A stretch of 53,732 nucleotides of DNA, taken from the IMG/VR virus record IMGVR_UViG_3300031999_000026, positions 1-53,732 of that record; one strand, written 5' to 3'. The notes under the pieces were generated by a model that saw only the letters and a program-made list of their open reading frames with translations, ran no database searches and was not told the DNA's origin. The stretch comes from a virus. Its lineage: Duplodnaviria; Caudoviricetes. Position 1 is the first letter of the stretch. Every line of letters begins with the position of its first letter. Shown piece after piece: positions 46,405 through 53,732 of the stretch. The position numbers were made by a program, and so were the translations under genes.

Positions 46405-46907
46405 TATTTTATAAGTTTTATAAATTCATCTAAAGTTACATAAGGAAGCATTAATAATTGTTCAAAATTATATCCCATGTCGCCTGATTCTAACTGTATA
46501 CAACTATTCCTATTCACTCTCATTGTATCTTCTCTCTTAATTACTATACATTCATTTAATGACATACGCCAAAGAATAAAATAATCACCTTGAAATTTCT
46601 GTAATGATTCCCAAGATATCTTATCTCTTTTAACATCACATCTAAACTTTCGTTTTGATATGTAAAGGTCTCCGTTTATTTTATCATATTCTTGTAATTC
46701 TTTTAGTTCTTCTTTAGAAGATACGCTATCCCACCGTTCTTGACTAATAATTTGCTCGCAGTATATGTCTTGTTCTCTAAAAATGTTCACAGTTTTATCA
46801 GTAGCTTCATTGCCATACACCAATCGTTCTCTAAAAGTTGTTACTTGTTTATCACACCCTTTACTTAAATTCCAAGGTTGGTTAGTATGTAATGTTTTAT
46901 GTTTCAT
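46404..46907 (-). CDS. hypothetical protein, possible PD-(D/E)xK nuclease
   Basis: G.E...GDL....DVKR pattern. Confidence 0.5.
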   Translation of the reverse strand: MKHKTLHTNQPWNLSKGCDKQVTTFRERLVYGNEATDKTVNIFREQDIYCEQIISQERWDSVSSKEELKELQEYDKINGDLYISKRKFRCDVKRDKISWESLQKFQGDYFILWRMSLNECIVIKREDTMRVNRNSCIQLESGDMGYNFEQLLMLPYVTLDEFIKLIK

Positions 46908-46910
46908 TAC

Positions 46911-47162
46911 CTATTGCTTAGCATTTTCAGCACACCATTTATTATATTTCTTCAAAGCTGATTTTTCATTCATTGCAATTACCTCCAATGTTCCGAAAGG
47001 TTCTTTATAAGTGTATTTTTGACAGCCTTTGGGGATTGGTCGTTCTTTAGGTTTTAAATCTAAATCAGATAGTTTAGTTCGTCTTATTGGTTTATCATAA
47101 TTATGCATCGCCTGGTCGAACATTGCAGCCATTGTAGTTAACACCATTAAAGTTTTTTTCAT
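46911..47162 (-). CDS. hypothetical protein
   Basis: 83 aa. Confidence 0.65.
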   Translation of the reverse strand: MKKTLMVLTTMAAMFDQAMHNYDKPIRRTKLSDLDLKPKERPIPKGCQKYTYKEPFGTLEVIAMNEKSALKKYNKWCAENAKQ

Positions 47163-47180
47163 ATTATAAGATATTAATAA

Positions 47181-47429
47181 TTAAATAAATGTGGTATAAA
47201 AATGGGGTGTTGTGATTGCCCAATTGCCAATTGGCACTATTGAACATCTTATAAATATTTTATCATTTATCATTCCACTTTTAGTTGTTATTTGCATATT
47301 TTTACGCATTTCACTTTCAACATGGTAATTATCAGCTATTAAAGGCAACCATTCATCTATATAATTGGGCATAACACATGGTAAAACTCTATTGCCTTGT
47401 GTGTTTCCAATGATTCTAACTTCGTTCAT
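47181..47429 (-). CDS. hypothetical protein
   Basis: 82 aa. Confidence 0.5.
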   Translation of the reverse strand: MNEVRIIGNTQGNRVLPCVMPNYIDEWLPLIADNYHVESEMRKNMQITTKSGMINDKIFIRCSIVPIGNWAITTPHFYTTFI

Positions 47430-47460
47430 TTTGTGTGTTTTGAATATTTGTCTCTCGTAT

Positions 47461-48225
47461 TTAAAAACGGCAACAAGAGTTTACAGAATTTCTAATAAAC
47501 CAATCTTTATAAGCTTCTATAGTTGAAAAGTAAATTAGTTCTTTTGAATTTCCATCATAAAACATGGCATCTTCTTTATCATCAAGTTTTTCATACACAT
47601 ATGAATCTTTCTTATCTATAGCAAAACATTTATCGTGTTTAAATATTTTAACACCATCTTCTGTAATAAAAAGATAATTTTTCTTTTTTATTTCTAAATT
47701 TTTATCAGTTTTTTCAGATACATACCTTTTTCCAAGTTCAGATTCATCCTTTTTTCCTGTTTCATATGCATTAACAATAACTTTATAAATAGCTTCTGTA
47801 AGTTCATTTACCTTAAAAAAAGAAAGTATACTTAAATGATTTAATATTATAGGATTACACTTATTTTTAAAAGTATCAAAATCAATAAAAGTATTACAAC
47901 GTGCCCATTTATTTTTTCTCCAAACCATTTTTTTAAGATCGATCTCTTCCTGTATGATTTGTTTCGCTAACCACGTTATGTGCTCTTGACCCTTTAACTG
48001 TCCGGCCCACGTTTTAATCAACCATATTTTAACTATGCGCCCCTGAAAAGGGACGTTAATCCTTTCAAACATTATATTTCGTACTGCTCGGAGAAACAAG
48101 TCCTTCGAAAAATCACCTAAGATATTATTCAGAGGCTCCCAGATATTAGGTCTTTTTACATATTTACCTGTGATACTGAGAATAAAATCTTCAACTTTTT
48201 TTACATGCAATTCAGTGATATTCAT
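47461..48225 (-). CDS. hypothetical protein
   Basis: 254 aa; GC-richer 5' part. Confidence 0.6.
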   Translation of the reverse strand: MNITELHVKKVEDFILSITGKYVKRPNIWEPLNNILGDFSKDLFLRAVRNIMFERINVPFQGRIVKIWLIKTWAGQLKGQEHITWLAKQIIQEEIDLKKMVWRKNKWARCNTFIDFDTFKNKCNPIILNHLSILSFFKVNELTEAIYKVIVNAYETGKKDESELGKRYVSEKTDKNLEIKKKNYLFITEDGVKIFKHDKCFAIDKKDSYVYEKLDDKEDAMFYDGNSKELIYFSTIEAYKDWFIRNSVNSCCRF

Positions 48226-48252
48226 ATTTTTAATTTTTATGTATTATTTACT

Positions 48253-48447
48253 CTATTTAACATACGCATCTTTGACTTTAGGATTTTTTAATGTCATTGC
48301 AATATAAGCGCCCGGATACTTTATTTTATCATACTCTCTCACAAGAGGTGGTTGAGCCGATTCATGATATTCCACTATTACAGTGCATCCGCCTGGATAC
48401 AAAGACAGTGAGTTTTTTCTAAATTCATCTTTAATTTTAAACCCCAT
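48253..48447 (-). CDS. small hypothetical protein
   Basis: 64 aa; NSLSL.PGG...YDKIKYP.AY. Confidence 0.65.
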   Translation of the reverse strand: MGFKIKDEFRKNSLSLYPGGCTVIVEYHESAQPPLVREYDKIKYPGAYIAMTLKNPKVKDAYVK

Positions 48448-48449
48448 AA

Positions 48450-49277
48450 TTATTTATTTTTATTCTTTAATGTATTACTTATACTTTTTTTATGTTCCTC
48501 AGAAAGTTTTTTACCCTTTAAAGATTCACTAATATTTTTACAATGTTCCTTTGTTCTGGTTTTTCCTATGTGGCTTTCAGACATATGAAGTTTAGCAATA
48601 TCTGTATGTTTTCTTCCAATATTTGCCTTACTAATATTTTTACAATGTTCTTTACTTCTTATAGGTTTTTTTCTTCCTTTTAATCTTTCACTTAATTTTA
48701 ATTTATGTTCATTAGATAGTGTTTTATGTTTTTTGTTTTTCCCAAGTTTTACACCCTTTTTTGCTTTGCTAATATGTAATTTATGCTCATCTGAAAATGG
48801 TTTTAATTTTTTCCCTTTATTCTTAGATTTACCTTTATTACCCTTTCTTATTTTTTCCTTTGTTTCTTTTGAACAAGGATTTCGTTTTCTTCCGATTTTC
48901 TTTTCATTTTGTTTTTTCTTTGTTTCTTCTGATATTGGCGTATTTTTATGTAATTCAGTAGCATATTTATAATCTCTGGCTGAAACTATTTTTCCAAATT
49001 TTTTACTATACGTCATATAATGAAATGCGCATGTAAGTTTTCTATTTCCTACATAAATATAAGTTAATAATTTATGACATAAATAATGTTCTCTGGGTGT
49101 TAATAATACTTTATTATCATCCGCATCAGTTCCATTTAAACATTTAGGTAAAATGTGATGACTTTCATAATAAGATAATTTAAAATTTGATTTTTTTCTA
49201 AAATAATAAGTATATTTAACTCTGTTTTCTAATTTTGCGTTACTAATTATAGCATCATAAATTTTTTGATGATTCAT
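48450..49277 (-). CDS. HNH homing endonuclease with NUMOD3 repeats
   Basis: ESHHILPKCLNG.D..DN.V.LT.REHYLCH; repeated SEEHK.KIS units. Confidence 0.88.
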   Translation of the reverse strand: MNHQKIYDAIISNAKLENRVKYTYYFRKKSNFKLSYYESHHILPKCLNGTDADDNKVLLTPREHYLCHKLLTYIYVGNRKLTCAFHYMTYSKKFGKIVSARDYKYATELHKNTPISEETKKKQNEKKIGRKRNPCSKETKEKIRKGNKGKSKNKGKKLKPFSDEHKLHISKAKKGVKLGKNKKHKTLSNEHKLKLSERLKGRKKPIRSKEHCKNISKANIGRKHTDIAKLHMSESHIGKTRTKEHCKNISESLKGKKLSEEHKKSISNTLKNKNK

Positions 49278-49318
49278 TTTTATTGTATATATTCATAGAT
49301 TTTGCTTTAATCATTAAC

Positions 49319-50536
49319 TTATTTTCCTTTAAGCATATCAAAAGTCCTCGACTTGGCTTTAAAGCTCAGACGCCCAAAAGATGAACGAGTGATTCGAACA
49401 GTTGCTGGAATCGTTTCTCTTGCAACATACACGAAGCCTTCGATCAGTTGGTTGGGGTTGTTTCCAAACACTGTAGTCGTCTTGTCAGCTTCTTCAAGGA
49501 GCTCTTTAGCCGTTTCGGGCAGTGTGTAGTTATCCTCGAGGATAGGCACAGTATGCAATCCAGATTCAGTATCTTTAAGCAAATTAATAAATGCTTCAAA
49601 GTTCCAATATTCTTGTAAACCAATATCAAATGCATTGTAAAAACAAACTTGTTGTCCTTTAAGCTTGTAAATATTTCCTTGAACTCCTTCACCCACAATT
49701 TCACCTTGTAAAGCAAAGTCATTTATATCATATTCAATAGCCATTTTACGCATTTTAGTTTCAAGTTTAAACTTCTTTGCTACTTTCCAGTACACGTTCA
49801 TTGCGTCCCATGCGTCATTTTCGTCAGGCACCTGGAAGTCGATAGTGCGTCCGCAAACTCCGAATCTGCCAGCTTTCAAGTAAACCGTACATGAGGTGCC
49901 GTCGAGCTTCTCAGTCTTGTAGTACGTGAACTGCTTAAGAGCTTCGTACTTGCTTGACAGGTTTTCGATGCGTTCTTCGTCTGTGATGAGTAGGCCGACA
50001 CCCGTGAGCATACCTGCAGCATTGCCGCCCATAGTTGCTGGGTCCGGCGCAATGTACTGAGTGACTCCGAGAATGTCAGTTACATTATCATCTTCAGCCC
50101 AAATTTCTGTATTGTTAAAGATAGAAAGTGGAAAACAAATCCCCTGTGAAATTTCTCCAAGAATTTTCCTTGTTTTCACATGAAACTTAACCGCACGAAG
50201 AAATTCAAATTCAGGACGAATATTTAACTTTGAGATTTCTGCCATTTGAGCACGAAGTAAATCTCTTTGTTCTTCAGATTCAGCTTTTGACATTTGCTTA
50301 TTAAGAGCTCGCCATTCCTCTTGTTTTTCAATACTAAGACCATCCGGTAAAATACTATCGATTTCAATATAGATACATAAGTCACCTACTTTATACTCGC
50401 CTTTTCTTGCGATACATTGCCACCCCCTGACAAATATTTTTTCGATATTGTCAGCATCGGGGATAGGCTGAATATCAAGAATCTTTGTAATAGTTGCTAG
50501 TTTTCTTTCGTTATTTAATTCATTTATTTTTTCCAT
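49319..50536 (-). CDS. ATP-dependent RNA ligase (DRB0094-like, N-terminal OB domain)
   Basis: RKLATI...PIPDADNIE, SQG, TEKLDGTS, LQGE, EGFV, SFKA. Confidence 0.88.
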   Translation of the reverse strand: MEKINELNNERKLATITKILDIQPIPDADNIEKIFVRGWQCIARKGEYKVGDLCIYIEIDSILPDGLSIEKQEEWRALNKQMSKAESEEQRDLLRAQMAEISKLNIRPEFEFLRAVKFHVKTRKILGEISQGICFPLSIFNNTEIWAEDDNVTDILGVTQYIAPDPATMGGNAAGMLTGVGLLITDEERIENLSSKYEALKQFTYYKTEKLDGTSCTVYLKAGRFGVCGRTIDFQVPDENDAWDAMNVYWKVAKKFKLETKMRKMAIEYDINDFALQGEIVGEGVQGNIYKLKGQQVCFYNAFDIGLQEYWNFEAFINLLKDTESGLHTVPILEDNYTLPETAKELLEEADKTTTVFGNNPNQLIEGFVYVARETIPATVRITRSSFGRLSFKAKSRTFDMLKGK

Positions 50537-50817
50537 TAGTATCTATATAAGTTAAAAATTTCATCATCACAATCTACACATCTTTTAATATACATTTCTG
50601 TGGTAACTTTATCCCCATGATCTTTTATCCATTCTTCAGAATTTGAAGCCCAATGACAGTAAATTGCCCAATCATTTGCATATCCTTTTTTAGCAACCCA
50701 ACGTAACATTCCACCATCTCTAGTCACAAAAATTCCTTCAGGAGAATTAGGGAGTACGCCTGTCGCAAAAACTTCACCATTTGGGAAGCTATCAAATAAT
50801 TCTTTTGTAAGTTTCAT
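50536..50817 (-). CDS. hypothetical protein
   Basis: 93 aa; LRWVAKKG...DWAIY. Confidence 0.7.
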   Translation of the reverse strand: MKLTKELFDSFPNGEVFATGVLPNSPEGIFVTRDGGMLRWVAKKGYANDWAIYCHWASNSEEWIKDHGDKVTTEMYIKRCVDCDDEIFNLYRY

Positions 50818-50834
50818 GATTATTAATTTAAATA

Positions 50835-51209
50835 TTATAAATTTACTTCAATCCATTTTTTTATATCAAAGGCTTTTGGATTTCTCAAACAATTACTTAA
50901 ATGTACACCATAATCTTTAGTACACTTTAATAGAATTTCTCCTAATTCATCAATATTCCAATTATTTTTTAATATTTTAATTATAATAGTGTTATCTTTA
51001 GAAACTTTCAATTGATTTAATCTTTTATCTATGATTATATAACAACCTAAATTTGCTTGTTCTTCTGTGTAAAAATTAAGTTCTCCGCATTTTGAACATT
51101 TACAATAAAATGGTTTTTCCATTCCTTCACCTTCCTCCCCATCACCAGATAAAAGTTCTAATTCACCATTACACCTAACATATTTATCATCAAAATATTT
51201 AACCATCAC
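50835..51209 (-). CDS. hypothetical protein with CxxC
   Basis: CSKC; 124 aa. Confidence 0.55.
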   Translation of the reverse strand: MMVKYFDDKYVRCNGELELLSGDGEEGEGMEKPFYCKCSKCGELNFYTEEQANLGCYIIIDKRLNQLKVSKDNTIIIKILKNNWNIDELGEILLKCTKDYGVHLSNCLRNPKAFDIKKWIEVNL

Positions 51210-51328
51210 TTCTTCAATCTTATTATCTTTATTCCATTCTTCAATATATTTTTGAATAAATGATTAGCCTCCTCTTTTAGCTGAAGCAATCCAGCTGTCG
51301 ACATCTTCTTTATTTGTGATTTATAGAT

Positions 51329-51375
51329 TATAGTACTAATATAATCAAAAAGCCTGAAATAAAAAAATTTCAGGT
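51329..51375 (-). promoter_or_regulatory. putative early promoter with hairpin
   Basis: tatagtactaatataatcaaaaa identical to 20408-20430; CCTGAAAT/ATTTCAGG inverted repeat. Confidence 0.6.
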
Positions 51376-51452
51376 CATTTATTTTCAATAAATTTTCATT
51401 AGCTACCCCGACAATCTCATATTCAGATAATTGTCTGGAGCTATTTATCTTA

Positions 51453-51797
51453 TCAGATTTCATCTGGACAATATAAATCAAATTGTATCTGAATTTTTTC
51501 TGTATTAATTTTTATAAATTCTATAGCTTCTTCTGCTGAATCGAACTTACGTTTAAGTCTAACGAATTTCCAAGAACAATTAGGATTTTTATCTTCCATA
51601 GGATCTTTTTTATTAACTTTAAAACCTATAGTAAATTTTCGTTCATCTTCTTTTATATTTCCTACCATTTTTCCATTCAATTTAATATCATAATTATCTT
51701 GAGGTTCAAATGAACGATATCGTCCTATTGGTCTATATTTCTTAAATGTAAATTTGCCTTTATTTTCATTAAGAGATTCATTTACTAATTTTTTCAT
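51453..51797 (-). CDS. hypothetical protein with VxES leader
   Basis: begins MKKLVNESLNE. Confidence 0.7.
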   Translation of the reverse strand: MKKLVNESLNENKGKFTFKKYRPIGRYRSFEPQDNYDIKLNGKMVGNIKEDERKFTIGFKVNKKDPMEDKNPNCSWKFVRLKRKFDSAEEAIEFIKINTEKIQIQFDLYCPDEI

Positions 51798-51812
51798 ATT
51801 ACTTCTTTATTT

Positions 51813-52256
51813 TTATTTACTTCTTAATTCTGGTTCTTTGTATTTTATTCCTAATGCATCATATATATCTTGTTCAGTTTTGGATGCAAGTAATTCACGT
51901 GTTTCTCTATCATATAAACCTTTTTGATTTAATAACATTCCTTTTCTTTTTGCTTTTGCTCTTAATATGATGTTGTATATTTGAGGCCCTATTAAAAATA
52001 ATGACATAGCCCCAAAATTTTCATAGTCAGTACGATAAACATCAACCTGTTCACCTCTTATCATAAATCGAGTTATGTCCTTTCCCTTAATAAATGCTGC
52101 TTGGCCTGGAATATTAGGAACTTTATCACCTACGTAAATTACGTCAAGGTCATGCAAATCTTCCTGTTTTCCACGTCTGGCAGAACCTGCTAAGAAGAAG
52201 TTGTCATCTATTGATTTAAGGAAGTTAAAGATCTCATATGCTTTTTGAGCGTTCAT
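51813..52256 (-). CDS. minimal family X DNA polymerase (palm/thumb only)
   Basis: AGSARRGK...HDLD, QVD, G....N...R..AK.KG.LLN..GL, EQDIY..LG..Y.EPELR. Confidence 0.85.
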   Translation of the reverse strand: MNAQKAYEIFNFLKSIDDNFFLAGSARRGKQEDLHDLDVIYVGDKVPNIPGQAAFIKGKDITRFMIRGEQVDVYRTDYENFGAMSLFLIGPQIYNIILRAKAKRKGMLLNQKGLYDRETRELLASKTEQDIYDALGIKYKEPELRSK

Positions 52257-52263
52257 ATTCGAT

Positions 52264-52662
52264 TTAGCCTCTATATGGTGGTTTTTCGTGGCCCATATCT
52301 TCTCTAGATAATTTGTTCAATCTTCTCTTAAGAGCTCTCAACGCATCATCTGTTCCGGAATCATCCATCCAATGTTTTGGTTGCCATCCTAGTATACGTC
52401 CGTTCTCATCATCCCAATCTAATTGATGTACAAAAGCTGCAGCATCATCATCTAGTTGAACTTCAAAATTGAAAGTGATGTTATTTTTCTTGAAACGGAA
52501 TTGAACTCCCATCCCCCATTCTCTTGCGTCAATGAATTCAAACCCGCGTGATTCAATTTCTTTCTTAAGAGGGTTAACTTCAATAGTACCCCACAGGTAT
52601 TTAGAGTTTAAGACTTGTCCTTCGTTGATACTTTCTTTAACTAATTTTGTTTTCATATTCAT
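52264..52662 (-). CDS. hypothetical protein with VxES leader; paralog of 20063..20383
   Basis: MKTKLVKESINE; DDDAAAF...ALKRRLNK. Confidence 0.72.
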   Translation of the reverse strand: MNMKTKLVKESINEGQVLNSKYLWGTIEVNPLKKEIESRGFEFIDAREWGMGVQFRFKKNNITFNFEVQLDDDAAAFVHQLDWDDENGRILGWQPKHWMDDSGTDDALRALKRRLNKLSREDMGHEKPPYRG

Positions 52663-52668
52663 ATTGAA

Positions 52669-52971
52669 TTATTTTTCATCAAGATATTTTTTAACTACTT
52701 CCATTTCTGGTTCATTAATAACTTCATCATCTAATTTAAAGAATGCGCCATATTCTTCTTCGCTAAGATCGTTAAAGGTTTCGTCATTTCCAAAAAATTC
52801 TTCGCCTATTTCTGTTAGCAATTCAGTATCATTAGATGAATATTCAAATTGAATATCGTCGAATGTTTCGTTTCCATCTTCATCTATATCAATGAAGCGA
52901 TTGTAATAATCTCTTATGAAGTCTTTTATTTCTTCTTTATGTAGATTTAAAATTTCTAAAAATTCGCTCAT
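52669..52971 (-). CDS. very acidic hypothetical protein
   Basis: 100 aa, D/E-rich. Confidence 0.65.
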   Translation of the reverse strand: MSEFLEILNLHKEEIKDFIRDYYNRFIDIDEDGNETFDDIQFEYSSNDTELLTEIGEEFFGNDETFNDLSEEEYGAFFKLDDEVINEPEMEVVKKYLDEK

Positions 52972-52988
52972 AGTTTTATTTTATTTTA

Positions 52989-53450
52989 TTAATCTTCATC
53001 AGGAGAATAATCTTTAATAACTTTGATACACCCCTCCCCATTTGCTTCAAATCCAACTTCTAAATAACCATCAGTATTGTTAGTTGATATTTCTACTAAT
53101 GAGATTCCGCCTTCTCCACTTTCTTTAATTTCACGTTTTCCCTCATTGAAAAGTTTTAACACTTCTGATAGTGTTAACCATTTAAAATCCATATGCGTAT
53201 AATCTGGCGTGATCGTGTTAATCATGTAAAATTTCTTCTGTCCCGTAGGAGTAGCATGCTGCTCAACTTCTTCGACAGATTCTTTCACTAATTTTGCTTT
53301 CATAGTATTTTTATTATTTTTGTTAGTTTTAAACGCATCATCCCAATCACTAGAATCATTAGCATCAGGATAATGCTTATGATGATAATTGTGATTAATG
53401 TCATCATAAATTAATTTTCCAGATTTAGTTTTACCTATAATTTGACTCAT
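52989..53450 (-). CDS. hypothetical protein with internal MKAKLVKESVEE motif
   Basis: late-like promoter at 53457-53473. Confidence 0.65.
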   Translation of the reverse strand: MSQIIGKTKSGKLIYDDINHNYHHKHYPDANDSSDWDDAFKTNKNNKNTMKAKLVKESVEEVEQHATPTGQKKFYMINTITPDYTHMDFKWLTLSEVLKLFNEGKREIKESGEGGISLVEISTNNTDGYLEVGFEANGEGCIKVIKDYSPDED

Positions 53451-53463
53451 GATTTCATTTTAT

Positions 53464-53732
53464 TTATATATTCTCTAAGTACTTTAGTGTTTTCACTTTG
53501 TCTTTCCAATTAAATTTATTCATTAAAGCATCTTGGTACATCTTAGAAATTACATTCCCTACTTCCTCATCTTTAACGTTAAACTTGTCCATGATGTCAT
53601 GACCGTTTACGGGAATGTCTCCTAATTTCATTGGAATTTTTCCGTCTTTCATATCTTGAATTACTTCCCAAGCATTTTTAGGCATCACTATTGCGTTAGA
53701 TAACATAGGTGATGTTTTTAACATAAGAAATA
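53464..53732 (-). CDS. C-terminal part of a probable tRNA nucleotidyltransferase/HD-type protein (partial)
   Basis: IPVNGHDIM...EEVG.VI tail motif typical of CCA-adding enzymes; frame open to window end. Confidence 0.5.
   Translation of the reverse strand, partial: FLMLKTSPMLSNAIVMPKNAWEVIQDMKDGKIPMKLGDIPVNGHDIMDKFNVKDEEVGNVISKMYQDALMNKFNWKDKVKTLKYLENI

Noticed and set aside
51206-51481. 91-aa ORF as annotated
   Set aside because: It spans a promoter/hairpin element identical in part to 20408-20430; at most the last ~32 codons (MSTAGLLQ...) are plausible.
1810-52852. Plus-strand ORFs in the track other than 25431..26144, and nested minus ORFs (25832, 41746, 49444)
   Set aside because: Antisense or alternative-frame shadows of well-supported genes, with no recognisable motifs.
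1-53732. tRNA, rRNA genes, integrase or IS elements
   Set aside because: No cloverleaf or T-loop signatures were seen in intergenic gaps by eye, and no transposase or integrase motifs; the TnsA-like ORF lacks Tn7 partners. A tRNAscan/Rfam run would be needed to exclude RNAs formally.

Overview
AT-rich (visibly low GC), gene-dense fragment of a large T4-like/jumbo dsDNA phage. Nearly all genes lie on the minus strand and use the standard genetic code. Shine-Dalgarno motifs are largely absent, which hints at a Bacteroidota-type host (inference only). Contents: (i) putative virion/fibre genes at the left end; (ii) a T4-like replication/recombination block with gp46, gp47, gp41 helicase, UvsX/RecA, the C-terminal half of a family B DNA polymerase, a probable sliding clamp and two type II topoisomerase subunits; (iii) accessory repair and anti-defence-like genes (LigD phosphoesterase domain, minimal PolX, minimal ligase, RNA ligase, Nudix, two to three NADAR-like proteins, DUF488, DUF932) plus free-standing GIY-YIG, HNH and PD-(D/E)xK nucleases. 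Most striking: (1) FOUR genes (helicase, RecA, DNA polymerase, an AAA ATPase) are each fractured by a naturally split intein. Two are canonical and two are atypical, with 26-27 aa N-inteins. The intervening Vsr-like endonuclease gene is intact in two loci, truncated in one and reduced to inverted scraps in one. (2) About 11 otherwise unrelated proteins share an M(K/R)xKxV(N/K)ES(I/L)NE-type leader, often downstream of a TATAAATA-like late-promoter motif, suggesting a capsid-targeted cargo family. (3) Two arrays of six small ORFs are built from a 12-bp hypervariable E-L-x-S repeat and joined by a conserved stop/restart linker. (4) Three separable promoter-like motif classes occur. Product calls rest on motifs read by eye; no database searches were run.
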